DNA from: Bdellovibrionota bacterium FG-1
GTDB taxonomy: Bacteria; Bdellovibrionota; UBA1018
Assembly: GCA_051382295.1 (NCBI GenBank)
Contig: JBBCAW010000004.1
Span: 64,001-128,000, forward strand
DNA length: 64,000 bases
Reading direction: 5' to 3'
The notes under the pieces were generated by a model. It saw nothing but the letters and a program-made list of their open reading frames with translations. It ran no database searches and had not been told where the DNA came from. Position numbers and translations under genes: made by a program. Below, piece by piece: positions 9,489 to 21,629 of the stretch (the stretch's first letter is position 1; every line of letters begins with the position of its first letter).

Positions 9489-10682
9489 ATGATTTCGAAG
9501 CAAAGGCTCAAAATCATAATTTGCGGCATCGCCTCCGCAGTGCTGGTTTCGCTCGCGGTGGCGGTGGACTCCTATCGCCTCAACACCGCTCAAACTGCTG
9601 CGGGCCTGATGTGGGCCAGACAGGTCATGAGCCAGCTCGAAGGACTGGAACTCCAGTACCGCGAGGCAGGAAAAACAGACGCGATTGCCACGGCCATTCA
9701 AACTCTTGCTCAAGGTGTGGAGCCCAGGGTCATTCGAATCATTCGTGTCGAAGTCCAGAATGACTCAGACCCAAATCAGGAGAATTTTTCGTTTCATCGC
9801 AAGACCGGTAACTTTGACTATTTTAAGCTTTTGGTGCCAGAGAAGGGCGTCGGAGTTCGCCTCACCTTGAGCTTGGGCTATACCGGCTTTCTGGGAACTC
9901 GATCGCGCCTGGTCTCGGATTTATTGGTTTTTACCTCTTTTTTTCTCATTTTTGGTTGTGCCCTCCTAGCGTCCAGGCGATCAAGCGCCAACGAAAAACG
10001 CGAACATGTTGACACCGTTCTCTCCGGGGCAGCCGGTTGGGCAAAAGCAGCGAAGGCCCAGCTTGTGCAATTGAGCGTGCAAATCAGGGAAATGGTGCGA
10101 CACTCCCAACGTCTAGCGACCTCCTCTCGAAAGTCTCAAACCTTAGTGGGTGACCTTCGTGGAAAGATACACGCAGGGCTGAACACCCTCCATCAAGAGC
10201 GCAGAACCCTTCTGGACGCGGAGTCTGCTGCGGCCCGCGCGGAGGGGCTCGCTTTGCGGATGGCTCTCGAAGCCAACCGCGTGGGCGACGACGCCAAGCC
10301 CTTGCTAGAGATTATGAACGAGCTCCACGGATGCCTCAACTCGATGCGCTCCGCTGCTCGGCAGAATCACGGATTACTCCTTAAAATGGAAAAACAGATC
10401 GAGCCGTGGAGCACCGATGCAGATTTAGCCTTCCATACCTTTGATGAGGTCGCGCAGGCGACCCAAGCGTTGCAAACCCACATTCGGGGCACTACTGAAC
10501 TACTCATTGGCCAGGCAAGGCTTCATCGCGAGCTCGAGCCGGAAACTCCTCTGGTCGTCGACCCAGGGGCCGAGAAATACCCACTTCCCGAGCCTCTCCC
10601 ATCGCTTCAGGACACTCCAACTCCCGCCACCATTCGCCTTCGAAAAGGGCTGGAACGCCTTCACAAAAAAAAGGCGGGCTAA
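9489..10682 (+). CDS. Two-TM membrane protein with a degenerate methyl-accepting chemotaxis-like coiled-coil domain
   Basis: TM-periplasmic-TM-helical layout; LALRMALEANRVGD resembles the MCP hairpin tip. Confidence 0.55.
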   Translation: MISKQRLKIIICGIASAVLVSLAVAVDSYRLNTAQTAAGLMWARQVMSQLEGLELQYREAGKTDAIATAIQTLAQGVEPRVIRIIRVEVQNDSDPNQENFSFHRKTGNFDYFKLLVPEKGVGVRLTLSLGYTGFLGTRSRLVSDLLVFTSFFLIFGCALLASRRSSANEKREHVDTVLSGAAGWAKAAKAQLVQLSVQIREMVRHSQRLATSSRKSQTLVGDLRGKIHAGLNTLHQERRTLLDAESAAARAEGLALRMALEANRVGDDAKPLLEIMNELHGCLNSMRSAARQNHGLLLKMEKQIEPWSTDADLAFHTFDEVAQATQALQTHIRGTTELLIGQARLHRELEPETPLVVDPGAEKYPLPEPLPSLQDTPTPATIRLRKGLERLHKKKAG

Positions 10683-11470
10683 TGGGACCGCTGTCGTTGG
10701 CCAACCGCTGGATCTTTTCCGTGTTTGTGATGTTAATATTTTATGGCACCGGCCTGAATGCACAGTGCCTGGACGAAATTAATCTCGAATTGCGAAAGAA
10801 TCACGAAATCCTCAGCGAAAATAGCTTTATCGATTATCGTGGAGCCGCCGCTTTTGACCGGGTTTTTGGAAAAACTTTTGCCCAAACACTCCGTCTTCTC
10901 AATGAAAAAGCAATCGCTGCTAACGAGCCCGTCCGGTGGTTGGATTCTGGGGCGGGGGGCGCCGATGCCATTTCTGAATTTTCCCAGCTCTTAGGGCTTG
11001 ATCGAAAATTCAACTATGTGGCTCTTGGCTTTAAGAAACCGTCCGGCGCTAAGGGCATCTATACAATGGAGACAGTCCCTGGCAAACGGTTTCGGTATCT
11101 GTCTGATCGCTACATCGAAGACTACGCTCACCCCACTCAGGAGATTGGCCCCTGTGATTTGATTTCAGATTTTTTTGGGCCTATCGCCTATACAGCGGCA
11201 GTTGATGTGGTGATAAAGAAGTATCTTGAACTTCTAAAAGTGGGCGGAAAAGCCTATCTCCTGATTCCGCATAACCTTAAGATCAAGAACATGTATTTCT
11301 ATGATTATCTCCGAAAAATTTCAGGGTTGACCGTTGAATCGCGACCATACGATGCCCTGAACTCAGTTTATGAACTCACCAAGACGGGACAAACGGGTGA
11401 CGCGCCAAGCCTCAAGCTCACCCACTTTTTGAGCGGCGAACCTCCCTCACGCGAGTTCGAACTCAAGTAA
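10682..11470 (+). CDS. Class I SAM-dependent methyltransferase-like protein with signal peptide
   Basis: WLDSGAGG motif I, DLISD motif II, LLKVGGKAY motif III; hydrophobic N-terminus ending LNA. Confidence 0.6.
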   Translation: MGPLSLANRWIFSVFVMLIFYGTGLNAQCLDEINLELRKNHEILSENSFIDYRGAAAFDRVFGKTFAQTLRLLNEKAIAANEPVRWLDSGAGGADAISEFSQLLGLDRKFNYVALGFKKPSGAKGIYTMETVPGKRFRYLSDRYIEDYAHPTQEIGPCDLISDFFGPIAYTAAVDVVIKKYLELLKVGGKAYLLIPHNLKIKNMYFYDYLRKISGLTVESRPYDALNSVYELTKTGQTGDAPSLKLTHFLSGEPPSREFELK

Positions 11471-12718
11471 TTAATAAGCCCGCTTTAACTCATCCAAATG
11501 CATCTGCAAAAATTTCCCACGCCGACTGCACATGAGATTGTCCGTGTCGATTTGGTAATTAATCATCATCTTACGAGCGGTATCATAGAACTCGATATAG
11601 CAATCCGGATAGCCCAAAACATGGCCAAACTCATGGCGAATCGTCCATCGCGTTGTGTATTCTTGAATCGAACGATTGGCGTCCATCGTAATGGTATTTC
11701 CACCCAACCCATCCACATGGGGCGTCACGCCTGGCTCGAAAACGACCTCAGGAGTACCGAAGGAACCGGAGATGAAATTCAGTCGAAGGTGAAAGGCTTG
11801 AAGGCGCCACTCGTCTTCGATGTTGAGCTGCAGCCAATCCTGAACCGATTTTTCACCAGGATGGGTAAAGGGGACATTGAAAACGAGACCGCTCGAATCG
11901 AAGCGCGAATCAGCACGCGAATTCTGAATTCTAAAAAAGGCATCAAACATCCGCCTGGCGCTTATTTGATATAACTGATGAAAACTCAGGGGCTGTCCAT
12001 TCGCCGTAATGGATCGATCGAGTGCCGTCCCGCAAGCCGAGTGTGATTTACCGCTGTTGTGACACTCGCTGATCAACCAACCCCGTAAGAGATCTCGTTT
12101 GGTCGGTTCAAGCGAAGACCAGTTGGATAACTTGGCCGCGAGTTCGGGCTCCTTGGCTAAAAAGTAATACCCCCGAATGTCCATGGTCGATCGAGAGGCA
12201 TAGGATTGAAGAGCTGGCTCTTGCAATAACCATCGACTTGCAGCTTGATAGACCCGATCCACACCGCGAGCGATGTCCAAAAATTTCATGTCATCCAGAG
12301 GGACTTGCGCACTCGGAGGCGTTTGGCCGCTGAGCACTGCCGCGACCGACTCTGGAAGCGAGAGTTGCATTGTGGCAAAATCCTTCTGGATCAACGTGGG
12401 ATTGGATTCCCGTGGATGATCAATTGGAATGCCGACTTGAGTTTCTGGCGTTGATAGTTCAAGACGATTATTTTCGGGTCGATTCTGGTTGATGAGATCC
12501 AGCCAATCGAGATTCCTTTTCCCATAATCCAGAATTTGTTGCAGCGGACCTCGGGTTTGCACTCCTGAATTCGCCAAGAGTGCGCGATATTCGGTCCCAT
12601 CCATATCGAGTTCAAGATGGGGAAGTTCCTGAGTAGAAAAACCGTAAGCCTGAGTTCCCATTATCCGAATTAGAAACACGCATCCCAAAACAAACATGGC
12701 CTTCTGTGGCTTTTTCAT
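11471..12718 (-). CDS. Secreted zinc metalloprotease-like protein (metzincin-type motif)
   Basis: GGAGG before ATG 12718; signal peptide; HEFGHVLGYPD and later NLM Met-turn-like segment. Confidence 0.7.
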   Translation of the reverse strand: MKKPQKAMFVLGCVFLIRIMGTQAYGFSTQELPHLELDMDGTEYRALLANSGVQTRGPLQQILDYGKRNLDWLDLINQNRPENNRLELSTPETQVGIPIDHPRESNPTLIQKDFATMQLSLPESVAAVLSGQTPPSAQVPLDDMKFLDIARGVDRVYQAASRWLLQEPALQSYASRSTMDIRGYYFLAKEPELAAKLSNWSSLEPTKRDLLRGWLISECHNSGKSHSACGTALDRSITANGQPLSFHQLYQISARRMFDAFFRIQNSRADSRFDSSGLVFNVPFTHPGEKSVQDWLQLNIEDEWRLQAFHLRLNFISGSFGTPEVVFEPGVTPHVDGLGGNTITMDANRSIQEYTTRWTIRHEFGHVLGYPDCYIEFYDTARKMMINYQIDTDNLMCSRRGKFLQMHLDELKRAY

Positions 12719-12803
12719 CAGTTCCTCCAATGAACATTGAAATCGACATAGACAAAGAATGAATTGCCTGAAAAGCGTAACAAACCAAGCGGGCAGCCGC
12801 AAG

Positions 12804-14834
<2,031 letters not shown>

Positions 14835-14841
14835 TCAAATT

Positions 14842-16452
14842 CTAAAAATACGCGACGACACTTGGCAATAGCGTAAAGGTCTTTTGGGAGAGGGTGTTTC
14901 CATTGTCATAGGTCCCCCCGGTACCATGAATTTCAAAGCCAAATTGAAAGGTAATCCTCGGCAAATAGCGGTAATAACCGCCCAAATAAATGCGCGCATT
15001 ATGAGAAGAAGCCAATGAAATCGACGTCAAGCCGGCTTCGGTCCCGCTATTCAAAAGGCCAAACTCAAGATCCAGCTTGGCACCCCAATGACCCCGCAAG
15101 GGAATGTCTCCCCCCAGTCCCAGCATCACGGATTTCACGCTAAAGGGCGCTGTCAGCTCAACGTCCGAAATCGGCAAGTTTACTGAGTTGCCCAGATAAC
15201 CGATCTTAACCCAGGCTTTAGGACCAAAAAAATCACCCGAAACCAAATACGAATACCCCAAATCTAGCTTCGTGGACAGAATACTTCCGCTCACCCCACT
15301 GGCGGTCGTGGCGGTGCCGTCCGCAATATTTTTTTGCGAATAGCCGAAAGTTCCATAGCCCATTTCAAAGTCAGCGAAAACCGCTCGAGTAATCCAAAGT
15401 TCACCTTCGCCCCGCGCGCCATACACAAAGCCGCTTCCGGTCACCCCGGTCGTCGCGGTCGTGTTACTGGCTTCGCGAGTAAAAGTTCCCATCAGAAGCG
15501 AGACGTGTCCAAATCCGAGTTGGGCCGGCGGAGATTCTGACTGCGAAGACGGCGTCGTGAGGTCAGACGCATTTTCAGCAAGGACGGTTTCAGAACCTGA
15601 GTCCGCATATTTTGCGACTTTTACGGAACGTGGAATGATCTGGATGATTTTTTGATATCGACCGACCTTACGCTTCTCTTCCTCAGAGACGACGTGGCAA
15701 AAGGCCATCGCTTCATCCGCTTGATCGACTTCGATCCGACCGGTAGGGGTTATTCGCCAATCGACAATCTGCTTCAGTAACGGATGTTTTTTGACTTCGT
15801 CTAAGGTCCCCACCAAAAGGGTATCGCCCCGATGAACCCCTGAAAGCAGCCCTAAATTAACGGTTACTGCACGGTCATCTCGCCCGGTAACCTCGCCAAT
15901 AAACGGAACCCGCTTAAAAAGATTATCGAGCGCCACCTTAAATGAGCCTGTGATATCCCCTAGGCCCGGAAAGCCGCTCCCCTTTTGCCCATCGTCGCCA
16001 GCCGGGGTACCCCGACCTGGATCAGAGAGCGAAAACGACTCACTGGCCAAGACTTCCATTCCTGGTGCATGAAGCCATTCCACCGTAAAGCGATATTCCG
16101 GTCCCTGCCGGCGAATCCGGGTGCGCAGCAGACTTTGGATTTTCATCGAGCGCGAAAGCTGTGCAAGGACCTCTGGATCTTCGATGGCTTTAGTATAGGG
16201 AATTTTAGATTGGGCCAGGAGGGTGTTGGCCTTGGATAGATCGACGAAACGGAAACGGCTCTGATGTAAAAAATAGTCCTTGTATGCAATAGTGACATAA
16301 TCGGCAAACAGTCCATCCACGTTATCCGTCGCGTTCAGGGATCCAATTGCATTGAGGAAATATTTTTGATCAACCTCCGTCGTAGCCTCCGCCGAACCGG
16401 TAGCCAGGATGATGCAGCAAAAGGTGAGGACTGGGCGTATAAAATTACCCAT
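14842..16452 (-). CDS. Exported protein with probable C-terminal outer-membrane beta-barrel
   Basis: Signal peptide (AEA); alternating beta-strand pattern in the C-half; terminal Phe (VVAYF). Confidence 0.6.
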   Translation of the reverse strand: MGNFIRPVLTFCCIILATGSAEATTEVDQKYFLNAIGSLNATDNVDGLFADYVTIAYKDYFLHQSRFRFVDLSKANTLLAQSKIPYTKAIEDPEVLAQLSRSMKIQSLLRTRIRRQGPEYRFTVEWLHAPGMEVLASESFSLSDPGRGTPAGDDGQKGSGFPGLGDITGSFKVALDNLFKRVPFIGEVTGRDDRAVTVNLGLLSGVHRGDTLLVGTLDEVKKHPLLKQIVDWRITPTGRIEVDQADEAMAFCHVVSEEEKRKVGRYQKIIQIIPRSVKVAKYADSGSETVLAENASDLTTPSSQSESPPAQLGFGHVSLLMGTFTREASNTTATTGVTGSGFVYGARGEGELWITRAVFADFEMGYGTFGYSQKNIADGTATTASGVSGSILSTKLDLGYSYLVSGDFFGPKAWVKIGYLGNSVNLPISDVELTAPFSVKSVMLGLGGDIPLRGHWGAKLDLEFGLLNSGTEAGLTSISLASSHNARIYLGGYYRYLPRITFQFGFEIHGTGGTYDNGNTLSQKTFTLLPSVVAYF

Positions 16453-16801
16453 TCGTACTCAGGGGGGAATTCAGTTGTTCTTCATAGATCGCAACGAGCA
16501 TCTTGAGCTCCGCAATTTCTTCTTGAGCGGCCAACAACTGAAGCCTCATAGTTTGCGCATCGGTTTCCCTTTTTACATCCAAGTCCCTTTCGGGCGCGTG
16601 AAATGGTTTTTCCGAAAAGCTCAGTAAATATCGGCCATTTTCCACTTTATAAAGGATCTTATTGGCTTTGATATACCGCCGCAGTGTCGAAAGACTGACA
16701 CCACTTTTGATGGCATACTCCATCAACGGGAGCCACTCGATTTCAGGACTCATTCCCTTGACGGGATTCTTATAAAAAACGCCTTGATCTATTTCACCCA
16801 T
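16445..16801 (-). CDS. Small HTH (MerR/excisionase-like) plus coiled-coil protein
   Basis: WLPLMEYAIKSGVSLSTLRRYIK HTH-like segment; C-terminal coiled coil EEIAELKMLV; start uncertain. Confidence 0.6.
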   Translation of the reverse strand: MGEIDQGVFYKNPVKGMSPEIEWLPLMEYAIKSGVSLSTLRRYIKANKILYKVENGRYLLSFSEKPFHAPERDLDVKRETDAQTMRLQLLAAQEEIAELKMLVAIYEEQLNSPLSTNG

Positions 16802-16858
16802 ATATTCTCATTCTTAATTGTATTTCCATGCGAATGAAATTCAAGTACCCTGTTCATT

Positions 16859-18199
16859 ATGTCAGATTCCCAACCAGGTCCTATACCCGGTCCAAGGCGT
16901 CGAGCAGCAAGTGATCGTATCCAAATTGGCCCTAAACGCAAAATAGCTTTTGTTTGTAGCGGCGGCGCCACTAAAGCCGGAGCATTTCACTTGGGTGTTG
17001 CCCTTGCTCTCAAGGAACAGGGGTTCAAGTTCTTTGGAGGAATGGTCCCTGTCACGGGTCCAGCCCCCACGCCAGGTCCGATGGATATATCGACCTACGT
17101 GGGCTCCAGCGCAGGGTCAATTATCGCCACCTACTTGGCAGCCGGTTATAGTCTGGATAACATCTTTAATTCCTTTTTGGGGCGAAAACCGAAAGAGCCG
17201 CTCTCTCCGAGCGAACTTTTACCCAAGCCGTTGCCACGGCTGACTTACCAAAAGATGTTCAGGCTGCGTCCCGAATTGGCCCGCGAACAGCTGACTCAGC
17301 TTTCTTTTTTTAAAAAAACCTTCTCCACGATCCTAGAGGGGGATTGGCAGGCGCTTTTGCAGCTCAAATGGCTGAAGGCGACCGGGATATTTTCGACCGC
17401 GGGAATTGAGCAATACCTTCGCGAAGACGTGCTTCTGTCCAACCGGTTTCAGGACTATTTGGCAGATTTGTTTTGCGTCGCCACCCAACTGAACCATTCA
17501 CGCAAGGTGGTCTTTGGAAAATATAGTTATCAGCCACCGCCTTGGGACCTCACCTGCCAATACGATAATGACGTGGGGATCTCGGACGCTTGCGCAGCGA
17601 GCGCCGCCTTGCCGGTCATCTTTGCGCCACACCCGATCCGGAACCAAAGTGGAAAGATAATTTATTATATTGATGGAGAGATCCGCGACACCTTGTCGAC
17701 CCATGTCGCGATCGATTCGGGGGCAGACCTCGTGTTTGCGAGTTACACCCACAAACCCTACCATTTTTTGCGTGAAATCGGCTCTTTGACTGACCACGGG
17801 CTTCCAGCCATTGTGATTCAGTCGATCTATTTATTGATCGAGCAAAAAATCAACGCTCATGTTTACAACCGACAAATCCATCGCAACGCAATCACGGAAG
17901 TTTCGCGCTTTTGCAAAGATAGCGGGATTTCTGAGGAACAGCGAAAGAAGATTTGCGGCATCATGGAGCAAGAGCTCCATTACCGAATGGATGTGGATGT
18001 GATTTATATCCACCCGAGTTCGACAGATGCCTCGGCGTTCTTTGGGGAGCATTTTAGCTTATCTCCCAACAAGATGGCCGAGATCGTAAAGAGCGGTTTT
18101 CGGAGTTGTATCGATACGTTACGACGATATGACTTTGCTGATCGCAAAAAAGACCTCGCGATGGGACTGACTGACGAAGGTGCTAAAATCGCAACTTGA
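16859..18199 (+). CDS. Patatin-like phospholipase
   Basis: SGGATKAG loop, GSSAG nucleophile, ASAALP, YIDG. Confidence 0.9.
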   Translation: MSDSQPGPIPGPRRRAASDRIQIGPKRKIAFVCSGGATKAGAFHLGVALALKEQGFKFFGGMVPVTGPAPTPGPMDISTYVGSSAGSIIATYLAAGYSLDNIFNSFLGRKPKEPLSPSELLPKPLPRLTYQKMFRLRPELAREQLTQLSFFKKTFSTILEGDWQALLQLKWLKATGIFSTAGIEQYLREDVLLSNRFQDYLADLFCVATQLNHSRKVVFGKYSYQPPPWDLTCQYDNDVGISDACAASAALPVIFAPHPIRNQSGKIIYYIDGEIRDTLSTHVAIDSGADLVFASYTHKPYHFLREIGSLTDHGLPAIVIQSIYLLIEQKINAHVYNRQIHRNAITEVSRFCKDSGISEEQRKKICGIMEQELHYRMDVDVIYIHPSSTDASAFFGEHFSLSPNKMAEIVKSGFRSCIDTLRRYDFADRKKDLAMGLTDEGAKIAT

Positions 18200-18407
18200 T
18201 TTTAGTTGTTGTCGCCCAGGCGCAAGTGCGTTATGAAGCAAATCGGTTTGGGCATCCAGAAGTTCCGGCATAATTTAGTCGGAGCTCTTGTGTTGGATGC
18301 CATCGTCGCGGATGCTGTTGCCGCCGAAGCAATTGCTGAAGGCGCATTACGCCGCGACTAGATTTTTTGACTTGCGAGGAAAGGTTTTATCTCCACTCAA
18401 GATTCAC

Positions 18408-18973
18408 TCAAGAATTCAAGATCGCCTTCCTCGGAAACACCAACGTAACCTCTGCCCCACGAGCCGAGTTGGAAAACTCCGCGCGACCCCCCAGGCTCTC
18501 CATGCAATCATTGCCGTGGCGGAGATCGAAAAAACAATGTCCGAAAAAGCCGGATTCTGAAGTGCAAATTTGTGTTTTTCCCAGGTGAGATAAAACACTA
18601 ACAAATAGCCCAAAACCCACACCAAAAGCAGCGGACGAAACACCTTTTTTGGAACTGAAAACATAAAAGAGACACCAATTGAGAGCTGGCAAAAGGCGAA
18701 ATAGTAAAGCGGCCGGTACCACTGACCCTGCATCGTATAAAGCATCGCGTGAATACCCACGAGCGTGTTGGCTGTAACGGATTTATAATCCCGCCAAAGC
18801 CAACCCGCTAAAATGAACGCCGTAACGATCAAAAAGGCTTTTTCGATAAAATAAAGCTGCCGCTGCGACTCCGCTAGCATCGGCAGCTCCGTCAAGACAA
18901 TCAAGATGCCTTGCGAGGCATACAGAATCATCGCGACCGTCGCACCCAGCCGATATTTATTTTGTCCCATCAT
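18408..18973 (-). pseudogene. Membrane sensor histidine kinase remnant (TM domain joined out of frame to HATPase tail)
   Basis: Multi-TM frame 18416..18973; second frame ends MESLGGRAEFSNSARGAEVTLVFPRK*, resembling the final HATPase_c strands; no H, N or G boxes; adjacent to a response regulator. Confidence 0.65.
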
Positions 18974-19640
18974 TCCTATTCTTTTCGTACAAATAGCCTT
19001 TGCCCCGAATCGACCGAAGGCGATCCCGCAATGCTGGAATCTTTTTTTTGAGGTTTAACAGGTGCGTATCCAAAAGATTGTCGGCGATCACACGGCCATC
19101 CCAAACCCGGGCGACAATTTCCTCACGAGAGAGTCGCTTTCCCGCGCTCGCTTCAAAAACTTAAAGTAATCGGAACTCGATGTCCGTGAGAGTAGGCTCA
19201 TGCAACTCGATTTGATTTGAATCGACCCCGTCATCGCCTTTCTCTGAATGAGTGAGGCCCTTTTGTCTTCGGCGGTATTCGTGCGCCGCATCCTTCACCG
19301 TCGCCATGAAAAGCACGTATTTGACTGGCTTTTCTAAAATGGCAAAAACGTGCAGATTAGCCGCCATCATGGCGACTTCCTTGTCAGCGTAAGCGGTCAC
19401 CAAAATCACGGGGGCAAGGATACGAGCTTCTTTCACGCGCCTCAGGATCTCGGCCCCATCCGTAAACTGCATTTTATAGTCAAAAATGATCACATGAACC
19501 TGATCCAGCAGCGAAACCGCCCAACACGGATCCGTCATCGAAATGACCTCGTATTCGAGCTGAAGGGCGAGAGTCGTCGCTCTTAAAAACGTCGGGTCAT
19601 CGTCAATCATGAGAATTTTAGCGCGAGGTTGCATGGACAA
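18957..19640 (-). pseudogene. OmpR/PhoB-family response regulator interrupted by in-frame TAA (19161-19163)
   Basis: Receiver (IDDD, FDYKM, VTA, KP); after the stop the same frame reads VFEASAGKRLSREEIVARVWDG...LDTHLLNLKKKI...IRGKGY* (winged helix); 228 codons in total. Confidence 0.85.
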
Positions 19641-19733
19641 AACACCTTGTGATTATGTTTTTTTGAATGGTATAATAGCATAAGCTTTTCAGGCAAGCTT
19701 TAATACCTGGAAAACCTCGTTGACTAAAACGAC

Positions 19734-20210
19734 TTACAGGTCAGAAAAGTCAATCGTTTCACAATCCGAACCCTTCGTAACCGTTCCACTCGCATTTCGA
19801 CCCAAGCATTTATCCATGATGATCACCGCCTTGAGCGCGCCTAAAGGTGAGATCTGGGCCAGGGTCGTGCGATTCAGAACAGGGGGCCACCCGCGCACGA
19901 TGGCCATGTAGTCCACGATCGCGCGCGCGATTCGGTCGTTTTGCGCCGTGAGTGGAAATAGCTGGGTAATGCGGTTGTGATACGCGAGAATCAGAGCGCC
20001 AGCATCTCGCAAGAGCGGTTTATCCCGCGCTGAAGCATGCCTCGGATCAAAGAGTGCCGCATTGAGCTCATTGAGAAGATCTGAAAAGGCCTGCGCTTCG
20101 GTCATCGGAGTGGTTGCGGGGGTTCCCAAGTGGTGGCCGCAGCTTGTCCACGTCGAGGCTGCAAGCAAAAGCGCGGTCGCGCGCAGGACGTATGATTTTG
20201 AAACTGACAT
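19734..20210 (-). CDS. Hypothetical lipoprotein
   Basis: Start MSVSKSY, 11 nt after the Fic gene stop; h-region then WTSC lipobox-like motif. Confidence 0.55.
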   Translation of the reverse strand: MSVSKSYVLRATALLLAASTWTSCGHHLGTPATTPMTEAQAFSDLLNELNAALFDPRHASARDKPLLRDAGALILAYHNRITQLFPLTAQNDRIARAIVDYMAIVRGWPPVLNRTTLAQISPLGALKAVIIMDKCLGRNASGTVTKGSDCETIDFSDL

Positions 20211-20221
20211 AAAAATTCCTT

Positions 20222-21538
20222 TTACCAAGGCCTTGGACCCGGCGTCATGGGTACGACCGTGCATAGGTCCTTCCAATCAATAGATAAGGTTTGTTTGACT
20301 GGCTTGCCCTCCAGATAGTCCGCGCAACCTTCCAAAATATTTTGCGTCCGCTCTAAGCCCTGGGCGATTTGCTCGGCCCATCCTTCTTCGCTGTAATTGA
20401 GGTCATTCCAAGTCGTCCAATACAGCGGCGTGGGGAGTCCGAGGCTTCTTAAGAGGTAGTCGGCGAGCAATCGAACCGTACGGCCGTTTCCGTCGTTAAA
20501 TGGGTGAATGCCGAGGAGCCAGTGCTCTAGACGCGCGACGGTGCGGAGGGGATCAGCGGGCTTTTCTGTGGAAAGCTGAGGCTGGTACCAAGTGCGCGTG
20601 GTTTGGTTGATGCTTTCGAGCGCTTCGGCGGTCCGTAACGGGATTTGGTCGACTGCCAAGAACGTAAAAAATCCGCATTGCCTGCGAACCGTCTTGCCGT
20701 CTTCAATCGAGTCAAAACCAAATGACGGATTTTGGTCCAAAGCGTTGAGGACCTCGATCTTGAGTACGGGCCAGATGGCCTTTCCATCGCTATCCATCCT
20801 GCCATTCGGAAAGACGAGGGCTTCTTCGCGAGCAGTTAGCTCGCGCGGGGATTCGTCCAGGCAGTGGATCGGGTGAAACTCTCCCATCGGATGAGAATCC
20901 GCAGTAGGCAAACCCTGGGCGTCGACCGGATATTTGAGGTGGTCAAAGGTGTGCTCCGTGATCGCGTCCTTGTGGTAATAGTACCCGAACTCCACATGAC
21001 CCTGCCTGAAGCCATCATACATGTCGGGTGGCAAATCGATTCCCCAGTCCACCAGTCCGTGAAAGGCTTTGGTGTGAACCGTCATCATCATCGCAACGTC
21101 GATCGGTGCTAGACCCAAAGCGTGGGACTCAGTGGCCGTAGTCCAGTTTTCAGCGACTTTGCTGTCGATCCATAGCGCTGCGTCCTGCCATTTTGAAAAA
21201 ACTTCGGGCGTGGGATCTTGGCCGTACTTGGTCGAATAGATCCACCAAGGATCTCCGTGAGCCCGCGTCCCAAGCCAACCTAAATAATCGGAGGATAAAT
21301 TGACCAACCTTGGCCCCAAAACTCCTCTGAGCCTCAACGCGGAATGCCCGTGAATACGGGCCTGTGCTGATTCAAAAGCAGTATATAGGTCACAAAGGTT
21401 CGCAAAACGCGTGGTCGCCAAGGCCGGGCTCTTCATGCTCGCAAGCCAGGAGGGGCAATCGGCTGCCCCCGCAAGAGGGGAGCAGGTAAGGGTGAGCAAA
21501 ACAGCAAAATTTCTCAAACAAAACAGATAGTTTCTCAT
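20222..21538 (-). CDS. Fic-domain protein with N-terminal signal peptide
   Basis: Canonical HPFNDGNGRTVR (20471-20506); N-terminus MRNYLFCLRNFAVLLTLTCSPLAGA. Confidence 0.85.
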   Translation of the reverse strand: MRNYLFCLRNFAVLLTLTCSPLAGAADCPSWLASMKSPALATTRFANLCDLYTAFESAQARIHGHSALRLRGVLGPRLVNLSSDYLGWLGTRAHGDPWWIYSTKYGQDPTPEVFSKWQDAALWIDSKVAENWTTATESHALGLAPIDVAMMMTVHTKAFHGLVDWGIDLPPDMYDGFRQGHVEFGYYYHKDAITEHTFDHLKYPVDAQGLPTADSHPMGEFHPIHCLDESPRELTAREEALVFPNGRMDSDGKAIWPVLKIEVLNALDQNPSFGFDSIEDGKTVRRQCGFFTFLAVDQIPLRTAEALESINQTTRTWYQPQLSTEKPADPLRTVARLEHWLLGIHPFNDGNGRTVRLLADYLLRSLGLPTPLYWTTWNDLNYSEEGWAEQIAQGLERTQNILEGCADYLEGKPVKQTLSIDWKDLCTVVPMTPGPRPW

Positions 21539-21629
21539 GCTTCGGCGAGTCATAACAAGCGAGGTCCTCGTTGTAAAGTGTTCAATTGTGCTTGTTAATT
21601 AATACACTGCGCTATAAAGGGGTAGCGCC

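Noticed and set aside
18233..18361. 42-aa plus-strand ORF (MKQIGLG...ALRRD) in the gap after the patatin gene
   Set aside because: No RBS or motif; the opposite strand is equally open; cannot be supported without homology data
19161..19163. Stop-codon reassignment (TAA read as sense)
   Set aside because: Conserved genes here (ligA, radA, nuoN) end normally at TAA; this is a single lesion
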